Shown piece by piece: positions 47,182-54,582 of a stretch of DNA of 64,000 nt. How positions within the stretch are numbered: position 1 is the first letter of the stretch; each line of letters opens with the position of its first letter. The stretch covers positions 38,114 to 102,113 of the IMG/VR virus record IMGVR_UViG_3300033073_001027. One strand, 5' to 3'. The position numbers and the translations under genes are program-made. The notes beneath the pieces were generated by a model. The model worked only from the letters and a program-made list of their open reading frames with translations. It was not told the origin of the DNA and ran no database searches. Source of the DNA: a virus (lineage: Duplodnaviria; Caudoviricetes).

Positions 47182-49322
47182 TAGAACCTCGCACGAATGG
47201 TAGCACCATAAGTCACAGGGTCATTGAATTCACCAGTAACGAGCGGTGGCCCAAGAATAATCGCTGAGCGGATAACACGTTCATCAAGAACATTTCGTCC
47301 CCAAACAGAGAAGTCAAGATTTTCATTGACCTTATATTCAGCACGCAGATTCAGCATGTTATTGGCAGCAGTTGTATGCGCATCAAAAATCTTTTGAGCA
47401 GCAACTGGACCAAACGATGCAGCGAAGGAAGAAAGTGGTGTGTTAGACTGAGGAGTCTTATCTGTCCATACGTAATTTGTATAGAGAGTCAGACGATTTG
47501 TCAGATCATACTTCACATCGGCAGTAAACTGCTTGCGAATTGTCATGTTAAACCGACTATCAGTCAGATTGGCACCAGTTCGTGCGTCGATAAACTTGTC
47601 ATAAGTTGGGTTGACAAGAAGACCATTCAGAGTGACACGCAGTCGATCAGTTACCTTAGCAGAAACAGTTGCTTCACCACCCCACGCATGGATCTTTGCC
47701 GCATTACGGACAATGTTCGATGGATATGGAGAGAAGAGAACAGAACTGATCTGAACATCATTCGATTCGTTGTAGAATCCAGCGATGCTGTATGTCACAC
47801 GTGGAAGTTCACCCTTGATACCAACCTGATATTCAGTAATTGTTTCTGGTGAGAATGCCACAGCAGTAGCACTATCCCAACCACGAGGATTCAGACCACC
47901 TGAACGATAACCAGTCGAAACCTTCGCATAAACCATATTCGAATCATCAATATGGTAGTCTAGACCAGCAGTCCAAGAAACCTTATTAAACTTTTCTGAA
48001 TACGTAACTTCACACTTGTTTGCGAAAACTGCAGTGCGATATGTGCATGCTCGAGGCGCAAGAGTTCCCTGTGTCAGAACGTAGTTATTGGTGACTGCAT
48101 CCTTGGCATCATGCGTATAGCGGATACCACCATTGACAGTGACAGGACCAATATCATAAGAGGCATTACCGAACGCACCATATGACTGGTTGGTACCACT
48201 ATACCTCCAATTTACGCCCATGAACGACCCAAAGTTGAAGTCTGGGAGCAAGTTGTCATACCCATATTCCTTGAAATAGAACGCACCAGCAACATACTTC
48301 AGATTGTCACCGATCTGACCATTATACTGCGCCTCGGCAGTCCACTGAGCAATATTCACATCACTCAAAGTACGAGCATTGGGGGCAGCATAACCATCGT
48401 AATCGATTGCCTGCGCAACCTTAGTGCGACGCCATCCACCAGTCAACTTGAAGTCACCGATATTAGTAACCGAAGAGATATTGGTGTATGAAGTATCAGA
48501 TGTCGGTTGGAATGAGGTGGAATACGACGAACGAGGAGTCAGCGATCCATTGACTGGTGCAGGTAGAACTGCTTCTAGCAGCAGTTGCTTGCCATCCAAC
48601 GAAGTCGACTTATAACGCTCGACTGAAACAACAGTGTTCACACCAGCAAACGGTTCATAGAGAACCTTGCCGCGAACCGCATAACGATTCTTGTTGTTTA
48701 GATCGGTGCCACGAACAGAATCCTTTGCCCAACCATCACGAGTAAAACGAGTACCAGCAAGACGGACTGCGATAGTATCAGAAACAGGAACATTGACAAC
48801 ACCAGTTGTCTGCAGTTCGTTGAATCGACCATACGATACTTCTGCATTACCACCAAGTGTGTTCAGTTGCGGATCATTGGTATTGATCAGAACAGCACCA
48901 CCAGTAGAGTTGCGACCAAACAGAGTTCCCTGTGGTCCATAAAGAACCTGAACATTCTTAACGTCAAGAAGTGTTCCGTTCATACCGAATGTGCGAGCGT
49001 AATATACGCCATCAACATACACACCAACTGCGCCATCGATCGACATGTCAGATGAAGTTTGCACCTGACCATGCATTGCGATCTGGAGAGTTTCTGTGTT
49101 AATAATTGCTGATCGTGAAGAGAATCCAGGAATATCATTCGTCGTTACAGCAGAACGAGCACGAAGTTCTTCTGCATCTACCACACGAACTGATACAGGA
49201 ACATCCTTGAGATTTTCCTCTGTCTTACGAGCAGTAACGATAATACTATCCGATTCCTCGGCATATGCAGCAGTGCTAATTGCTGTTGATGCCAGCAATG
49301 CAATACCAATTAGTTTATTCAT
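47181..49322 (-). CDS. TonB-dependent outer membrane receptor
   Basis: Signal peptide, TonB box DSIIVTARK, LYGPQGTLFGRNSTGGAV plug, NVLD, terminal Phe. Confidence 0.95.
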   Translation of the reverse strand: MNKLIGIALLASTAISTAAYAEESDSIIVTARKTEENLKDVPVSVRVVDAEELRARSAVTTNDIPGFSSRSAIINTETLQIAMHGQVQTSSDMSIDGAVGVYVDGVYYARTFGMNGTLLDVKNVQVLYGPQGTLFGRNSTGGAVLINTNDPQLNTLGGNAEVSYGRFNELQTTGVVNVPVSDTIAVRLAGTRFTRDGWAKDSVRGTDLNNKNRYAVRGKVLYEPFAGVNTVVSVERYKSTSLDGKQLLLEAVLPAPVNGSLTPRSSYSTSFQPTSDTSYTNISSVTNIGDFKLTGGWRRTKVAQAIDYDGYAAPNARTLSDVNIAQWTAEAQYNGQIGDNLKYVAGAFYFKEYGYDNLLPDFNFGSFMGVNWRYSGTNQSYGAFGNASYDIGPVTVNGGIRYTHDAKDAVTNNYVLTQGTLAPRACTYRTAVFANKCEVTYSEKFNKVSWTAGLDYHIDDSNMVYAKVSTGYRSGGLNPRGWDSATAVAFSPETITEYQVGIKGELPRVTYSIAGFYNESNDVQISSVLFSPYPSNIVRNAAKIHAWGGEATVSAKVTDRLRVTLNGLLVNPTYDKFIDARTGANLTDSRFNMTIRKQFTADVKYDLTNRLTLYTNYVWTDKTPQSNTPLSSFAASFGPVAAQKIFDAHTTAANNMLNLRAEYKVNENLDFSVWGRNVLDERVIRSAIILGPPLVTGEFNDPVTYGATIRARF

Positions 49323-49369
49323 AAAGTACCTCAGTAGTTGTTGACGAAATTGTCACGTATTATATAGTT

Positions 49370-49459
<90 letters not shown>

Positions 49460-49464
49460 TAAAC

Positions 49465-49538
49465 TGGATGCCCCGACTGGATTCGAACCAATACAAACGG
49501 AATCAAAATCCGTTGTCCTACCTTTAGACGACGGGGCA
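49465..49538 (-). tRNA. tRNA-Gln(UUG)
   Basis: Cloverleaf, CCA. Confidence 0.9.
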
Positions 49539-49541
49539 TTA

Positions 49542-49617
49542 TGGTACGGGGTGACGGTCTCGAACCGCCGACATTCTGCGTGTAAAACAGATGCTCTACC
49601 AACTGAGCTAACCCCGC
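49542..49617 (-). tRNA. tRNA-Val(UAC)
   Basis: Cloverleaf, CCA. Confidence 0.92.
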
Positions 49618-50048
49618 ACAACGTGGTCTGCAGCATGCGTCGCAGCAAATGATTCAGGTTTAATCTTAGCATCTAGACCAAGAGTTCCTTTAACGTAACC
49701 AAGTGCTTCTTTCACTGCTACATTACTCTTATACTTCGGATTTGGATTAATGTCAAGGTGAATTTCTAATTTTCTTTCACCTAAAACGTCTAAAATTTGT
49801 GTTGCTGCTTCGATTGCGAAACCTGCTTCAGTAATTAGACGCTGACGTAAGTTACCAAAATCTCTCATCTCGATATTCTTATGAAATATCCTAGCACCAT
49901 GCTTGGAATCCATGTGAAGAATAATTACCGTTGAGTATTTGGCATACCAATGCCCATCTTTGCGTTTGAATCTAATGGAATCGGCACCAATATAAACAGA
50001 TGACGTTTCACTAGAGTTTAGAATTGCTTCTCTTGCTGCATCATACAT
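49608..50048 (-). CDS. RNase H-like YkuK/DUF458 protein
   Basis: YIGADS, RL.TE, EIHLDIN, KP.SFAATHAAD. Confidence 0.85.
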   Translation of the reverse strand: MYDAAREAILNSSETSSVYIGADSIRFKRKDGHWYAKYSTVIILHMDSKHGARIFHKNIEMRDFGNLRQRLITEAGFAIEAATQILDVLGERKLEIHLDINPNPKYKSNVAVKEALGYVKGTLGLDAKIKPESFAATHAADHVVRG

Positions 50049-50066
50049 GTGTCACCTATTATTGAA

Positions 50067-50141
50067 TGGCGAAGGTGCGAGGATTCGAACCCCGATCGCA
50101 AGGTTTTGGAGACCTGCATGTTACCGTTACAACACACCGAC
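50067..50141 (-). tRNA. tRNA-Trp(CCA) with mismatched acceptor stem
   Basis: CT-CCA-AA loop, G73, CCA; U2:U71 and C3:U70 mismatches. Confidence 0.75.
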
Positions 50142-50146
50142 AAAAC

Positions 50147-50222
50147 TGGTCGGGAAGACAGGACTCGAACCTGCAACCCCCTGCTCCCAAAGCAGGTGCG
50201 CTACCACTTGCGCCACTTCCCG
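50147..50222 (-). tRNA. tRNA-Pro(UGG)
   Basis: Cloverleaf, CCA. Confidence 0.93.
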
Positions 50223-50227
50223 AAACT

Positions 50228-50308
50228 TGGAACCCTCGACAGGACTCAAACCTGCATGTAATTCAGTTAACCTTTCCACTCGTTCGTAGCGAGAGGGTAT
50301 ACGAGGGT
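50228..50308 (-). tRNA. D-armless tRNA-like RNA, anticodon ACG (Arg)
   Basis: ACCCTCG/CGAGGGT acceptor, CTCG-CTACGAA-CGAG arm, ~23-nt extra region, T arm, CCA. Confidence 0.6.
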
Positions 50309-50309
50309 A

Positions 50310-50384
50310 TGGAGCGACATGTGAGAATCGAACTCACCCCTTACGGCTTGGAAGGCCGACGCACCACCACTATGCTAATGCCGC
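50310..50384 (-). tRNA. tRNA-Gly(UCC)
   Basis: U73, CCA. Confidence 0.88.
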
Positions 50385-50386
50385 AT

Positions 50387-50911
50387 TTAAACTCTAACAT
50401 ACTTGAATATTGTCACAGCAACTCTTGGCGGCGCAACAATACCAGTAATTCTATGGTGTACCTGACCTTGATGTTGATACCACTTTTTTGGTTTATAGTG
50501 CACAGAATGCAAAACATTCTCTACCTTGTCATCATACCAAGACGTAATAGCACCATCATCAGTCAGAAGAAAATTAAATCCTGATTCTCTGATAATTTCA
50601 GGAGAACCATTCTCATCATACTTAATATCTATATGCGCACGACACTCATGCCATGGCATTAATTGAATTTGAACATTAAACACATTGAAGTCTATCTCTG
50701 GAATATTCGCGACGCACCACTCCCGAAGATAATCGGGGACTTCATGCATTTGAAATCCACCATAACCCTTCTTCTGCCACTCATAAATGTCATTCTGTAG
50801 TTCTTCAGAATTCTTTACGTAATCCAAAAGACGTTCGCAGAGATCTTCTGGAATATTGGTAATCCAATCGATTTCTCGATAAAATTCATCAGGAGGCATT
50901 CGCATGTCCAT
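50387..50911 (-). CDS. Putative 2OG-Fe(II)/cupin-fold protein
   Basis: AHID...HHRI...RVAVTIF. Confidence 0.5.
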   Translation of the reverse strand: MDMRMPPDEFYREIDWITNIPEDLCERLLDYVKNSEELQNDIYEWQKKGYGGFQMHEVPDYLREWCVANIPEIDFNVFNVQIQLMPWHECRAHIDIKYDENGSPEIIRESGFNFLLTDDGAITSWYDDKVENVLHSVHYKPKKWYQHQGQVHHRITGIVAPPRVAVTIFKYVRV

Positions 50912-50929
50912 AGCATATTCCTTTAATAA

Positions 50930-51006
50930 TGGCGACTCGTACGGGACTTGAACCCGTGGCCTCATGCGTGACAGGCATGCGATCTAACCAACTGATCTAA
51001 CGAGCC
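50930..51006 (-). tRNA. tRNA-Asp(GUC)
   Basis: G73, CCA. Confidence 0.93.
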
Positions 51007-51012
51007 GTAAAC

Positions 51013-51098
51013 TGGTGCATGGGGTTGGATTCGAACCAACGTAGCCTCTCGACGGCAGATTTACAGTCTGCTGGTATTAACCACTCACCCACCCATGC
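51013..51098 (-). tRNA. tRNA-Tyr(GUA)
   Basis: Long variable arm, CCA. Confidence 0.93.
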
Positions 51099-51099
51099 A

Positions 51100-51176
51100 T
51101 GGTGCCTCCAGAGGGAATCGAACCCATCGACACTCGGTTCTTCAGACCGATGCTCTACCAACTGAGCTACAGAGGC
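51100..51176 (-). tRNA. tRNA-Phe(GAA)
   Basis: Cloverleaf with 1-nt T-stem bulge, CCA. Confidence 0.85.
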
Positions 51177-51177
51177 A

Positions 51178-51260
51178 TGGTACCTGTAGAGGGACTCGAA
51201 CCCCCACGCTTTCGCACTGGTACCTAAAACCAGCGTGTCTACCAATTTCACCATACAGGC
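51178..51260 (-). tRNA. tRNA-Leu(UAG)
   Basis: Type II variable arm, CCA. Confidence 0.93.
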
Positions 51261-51270
51261 ATAAAAGAGT

Positions 51271-51403
51271 GACCACCCGCAGTGTGCCTTGATCGCTTAC
51301 TTCCGGACGTCGCGATCTTCCCAGGTAATCAACCACTGTTGCAACAGCAATTAACTACCACTTCCTCTATGTGGCAATGCCACGGGGTTCAGCAGGGGTG
51401 GTC
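51271..51403 (-). ncRNA. Unassigned multibranch structured RNA
   Basis: GACCACCC/GGGTGGTC closing stem plus three internal hairpins. Confidence 0.55.
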
Positions 51404-51408
51404 TATAC

Positions 51409-51484
51409 TGGTGGAGGATAACGGGATCGAACCGTTGACCTTCTGCGTGCAAAGCAGACGCTCTCCCATCTGAGCTAATCCCCC
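51409..51484 (-). tRNA. tRNA-Ala(UGC)
   Basis: G3:U70, CCA. Confidence 0.93.
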
Positions 51485-51494
51485 AATGAAAAAA

Positions 51495-51588
51495 ACTTAT
51501 TAGAAGAATACACTGGCGACAATATTAGCGACCTTTGCTCTTATCATCGGGACGGTCATGCGAGGACCAATGTATTCATCTAATAAGT
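51495..51588 (-). ncRNA. Unassigned RNA closed by ~22-bp AT-rich stem
   Basis: acttattagaagaatacactgg / ccaatgtattcatctaataagt. Confidence 0.5.
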
Positions 51589-51590
51589 CT

Positions 51591-52450
51591 TGTGAACCCT
51601 GAGATTACAGGTTCTAGTGAGTGCCTTTGGCCATTACCGAGTCCCTTGCGAGGATCGTTCTACCGTTATCCACTAAAGTCCTTTCGGATTCTCTAGTATC
51701 ACTCAGTGCTGCCTTTTTTGAGTGGTGGCGTATCCACTATCATGCTACGCTATTCGTCCCTCAATCTTCCGTCTGCCTTGCGAGCAGTTCGGTTCCGCTA
51801 AGAACCTACGTCTTCAATCCGAACAATCACATCATCCTTGCGGGAATCCGTGAACCCAATTCACATTCGTGTCAGGTATTAAGCACCTTTCACGTAGCAC
51901 TGGAGCAGACTTTCGCTTTTTCTATGGTTGCATCGACAGGGATCGAACCTGCTACCTACATATCCTAAAGATGTTGCTCTACCGATGAGCTACAATGCGA
52001 AACCTACCAAGAAGTGCTGCTCCAGTTGCTCCATACCTTGTTAGATACAGAATACAACACTCCTCATGTCTTTCTCCTTGCGGGATACTCAACCTTGCTT
52101 CAAGTCTCCCCTCATCGGTTCAACTCTTGCAATGCCTAACTGCCTTCTCACGCGAATGATCAGACTAGTCGACTATCCGTTAGCATTCAGCACTCATAGG
52201 TTTGGTGCGTTACAGTTCGACCACCACAGTCTCTTGGAACTCAACGATCGTCTCTGTTCCTATCCTTTCGGACTATAACACCTACTTACTGCCTACCGCC
52301 ATCCTATTGACGGAGGATGCTTTCGCACAATGGCGAGTCATCCTTTGCTCGGACTTGTATAGATAGACCATCACTGGCGCAGTTACGTAGGAGTCCCTGC
52401 TTTGGGCACGTTACCGTGCTTATCTTAACGACGCTATACCGCCAATCACT
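51591..52450 (-). ncRNA. GOLLD-like giant structured RNA
   Basis: ~860 nt without a credible ORF, own promoter, inside tRNA array, many C-GCAA-G and C-GAAA-G tetraloops, 3' CCTGTAATCTCAGG; recalled resemblance to GOLLD. Confidence 0.7.
51925..51999 (-). tRNA. Atypical tRNA (anticodon UAG, type I body) embedded in the GOLLD-like RNA
   Basis: Cloverleaf with C1:A72 and C31:U39 mismatches, CCA. Confidence 0.7.
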
Positions 52451-52458
52451 ATTTTTCA

Positions 52459-52487
52459 ACTCTACCCTATATTGAGTAATTTGTCAA
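52459..52487 (-). promoter_or_regulatory. Early promoter for the GOLLD-like RNA
   Basis: TTGACA-N17-TAGAGT. Confidence 0.78.
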
Positions 52488-52516
52488 TATCTTTTTGAAA
52501 TTTTTTTCAAAAAGTT

Positions 52517-52635
52517 TTTATTGTATCTTGCAGGGTTTGCACCTGCGTACTCCTGAATGCAGGAGATCTTAGTCTCATCCCAGCGAACCGAGAAGTTGCA
52601 CGGACCACCGTGTCCCAGATCAAAGATACAATAAA
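52517..52635 (-). ncRNA. Unassigned RNA with 13-bp closing stem and T-arm-like hairpin
   Basis: TTTATTGTATCTT/AAGATACAATAAA; GCAGG-TGCAAAC-CCTGC. Confidence 0.55.
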
Positions 52636-52680
52636 GTGGAAGTGAGATCATTAAAAGGATACTACCTTGCTTCCACTAAC

Positions 52681-52755
52681 TGGTTGCAGAGGTCGGATTT
52701 GAACCGACGACCTTCTGGTTATGAGCCAGACGAGCTGCCACTGCTCCACCCTGCG
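52681..52755 (-). tRNA. Initiator tRNA-fMet(CAU)
   Basis: C1:A72 mismatch, GGAGCAG D arm, CCA. Confidence 0.9.
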
Positions 52756-52844
52756 TCAAACTGGTCGACAGTTTCGAGACATGTCGAGGTCTGATGGACT
52801 TACGGGGACCAGCATTACCTGTAAAGATACCCTGCCACGCTACC

Positions 52845-52919
52845 TGGCTGCTTCGGTAGGATTCGAACCTACGACCAAGTGATTAACAGTCACCTGCGCT
52901 ACCGCTGCGCTACGAAGCA
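52845..52919 (-). tRNA. tRNA-Asn(GUU)
   Basis: G73, CCA. Confidence 0.93.
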
Positions 52920-52926
52920 ATAAGAA

Positions 52927-53002
52927 TGGTGCCCCCATACGGATTCGAACCGCAGACCCCCTGCTTACAAGGCAGGTGCTCTACCAACTGAGCTATAAGG
53001 GC
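52927..53002 (-). tRNA. tRNA-Thr(UGU)
   Basis: Cloverleaf, CCA. Confidence 0.93.
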
Positions 53003-53165
53003 GAAACTTATTTAAACTCTCTTGCTTGTGGCGAATTTCCCAGTCTGTTGCAGCAGTGGTAAGCCATTGCCGAGATTATCTCAGGACTGGTATGATGGCC
53101 CACCCAATCCGTAGCATATGCGTCCATATGCGCTACTCTCAGCAAGAGAGATTAAATAAGTTTCG
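53002..53165 (-). ncRNA. Unassigned RNA closed by ~25-bp stem
   Basis: cgaaacttatttaaactctcttgct / agcaagagagattaaataagtttcg; internal hairpins. Confidence 0.55.
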
Positions 53166-53285
53166 GACGAGTCGAGAGGCTGTTGTCCACTCATCTCCTG
53201 CAGAACAGGCAGACTTCACGAGTTGCGATTCAACGCGAGGCAGCAATTCTCTCTAAGCACGATGGCGCCAGCGGCACTCTCGCCC
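53165..53285 (-). ncRNA. Unassigned ~120-nt RNA with acceptor-like stem
   Basis: 5' GGGCGAG pairs with 3' CTCGTCC; GAGAG/CTCTC inner stem. Confidence 0.45.
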
Positions 53286-53307
53286 AAACTTAGAAACTAT
53301 ACAACAA

Positions 53308-53319
53308 TGTCAAAGAGCA
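53308..53319 (-). promoter_or_regulatory. boxA antitermination element
   Basis: TGCTCTTTGACA between a candidate promoter (TTGATA ~53352-53357) and the first RNA of the array. Confidence 0.6.
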
Positions 53320-53375
53320 GAACACTTATATATAATACTTTTTAGAATTTATCAATATTTTTTTAAAATTATTTT

Positions 53376-53597
53376 TTAAAAATGCTGTTGGATGCCTTCA
53401 ATACGGGGAGCAATGCTCTTGGCAGAGAACTGCATGCCATCAATCTCAAAGAACCAACGACCAGTCACAGGACCAGTCTTTTCCCAACGAACATTCATCG
53501 GTTCACGATCACGATACGTCAACCCATGGGTCCAAGGACGACCCGTCTTCAGTTCGAACGCACCACCACAGAGATTAGCAACCGAAATCATTTTCAT
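53376..53597 (-). CDS. Hypothetical early protein
   Basis: AAGGAA RBS, own promoter. Confidence 0.65.
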   Translation of the reverse strand: MKMISVANLCGGAFELKTGRPWTHGLTYRDREPMNVRWEKTGPVTGRWFFEIDGMQFSAKSIAPRIEGIQQHF

Positions 53598-53619
53598 TTC
53601 CTTCTCAATCATTATTACC

Positions 53620-53648
53620 ACTCTACCCTATAATTGAGAAATTGTCAA
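53620..53648 (-). promoter_or_regulatory. Early promoter
   Basis: GGGGCTTGACA-N17-TAGAGT. Confidence 0.8.
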
Positions 53649-53671
53649 GCCCCATTTTAATTTTTTTCAAA

Positions 53672-54169
53672 TTAATTTTTGTATGGGTCGTAGGTTCTAC
53701 CCCACATCCAACCACCAGGAAGAATGAATGTCCTGGGATCAACTAGATGCGTCTTACCATTTGGTTCAACGCACCATTTCCTATGCCGCAAACTTTGCAT
53801 CATACTCATCTTTCTTCTCGATTCGTATGAATGTCTGCGATTATGCATCGGGTTGTTTTCTCCGCGACGAGTTCCTCGCATAGTTTTGCTGATTTTGGCA
53901 CGATGTTCGAACGACAATCCTTTTGCGTTTGGATTGTTGTTGCCCATTTTTGCCTCAGCAATTTTTTGCCGACCTTCTGGTGTATGCCACGTGTTTCTTT
54001 TACGGGCAACCTTATCTACAGTTTTGCTTATTTTTTGTTGTTTTTTTGCAGTGTCTCGGATCAATTCTATGTTCGATGACTGTAGAATCAACTCGCGAGG
54101 TTTAGGTACAACGTTTGGATCTTTTACAATCCATATTTCTGTTTTGTGTTTAAACAAAAAGTATTTCAA
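53672..54169 (-). CDS. NUMOD3-repeat DNA-binding protein
   Basis: HTPEGRQKIAE, SFEHRAKISK, GENNPMHNRRHSYESRRKMS. Confidence 0.75.
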   Translation of the reverse strand: MKYFLFKHKTEIWIVKDPNVVPKPRELILQSSNIELIRDTAKKQQKISKTVDKVARKRNTWHTPEGRQKIAEAKMGNNNPNAKGLSFEHRAKISKTMRGTRRGENNPMHNRRHSYESRRKMSMMQSLRHRKWCVEPNGKTHLVDPRTFILPGGWMWGRTYDPYKN

Positions 54170-54552
54170 GCAACACCCTTGTCAAGCAAAGTCAAATTAT
54201 GTTCGCGATCAATATACTTGTATTCAACATGATGCGGATCAAATTCTGCAAGAGCAGCAAATACATCTGCAATATTCAGCGTGCTGCATGTGTAGACATC
54301 CAGTTGCATCAGAGCAGGGTCGACTTCATCCCAGACATGCATGGCAATGTGACTTGTTTCGATAATAGTAACTGCAGTCAATCCGCGATTACCAACCATA
54401 TCAGAGTAGATTGCATATGGACCCATAAGAATCTTCATACCAATCTTATCGACCAAAACCTTCATCCAATCCTGTATTGCTTCAGCGCACTTAGGAGGAT
54501 TGTTAAGTTCTGCTCGGATAATCAAATGCTTATGTTCCAGAATTGCGCCCAT
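54166..54552 (-). CDS. speD: S-adenosylmethionine decarboxylase proenzyme
   Basis: KHLI, GLT...IETSHIAMHVW, LDVYTC. Confidence 0.85.
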   Translation of the reverse strand: MGAILEHKHLIIRAELNNPPKCAEAIQDWMKVLVDKIGMKILMGPYAIYSDMVGNRGLTAVTIIETSHIAMHVWDEVDPALMQLDVYTCSTLNIADVFAALAEFDPHHVEYKYIDREHNLTLLDKGVA

Positions 54553-54582
54553 CGAAGTCCCTTACTGTATCGTGGAAAGAAG

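Noticed and set aside
51955-51975. Reading the embedded tRNA as an ochre suppressor (UUA)
   Set aside because: Canonical arm spacing places UAG at positions 34-36; the UUA register breaks the stem, and genes end normally at TAA
53002-53165. Hammerhead ribozyme (CTGAGAG followed by a stem)
   Set aside because: Core is not CUGANGA and no GAAA follows the stem
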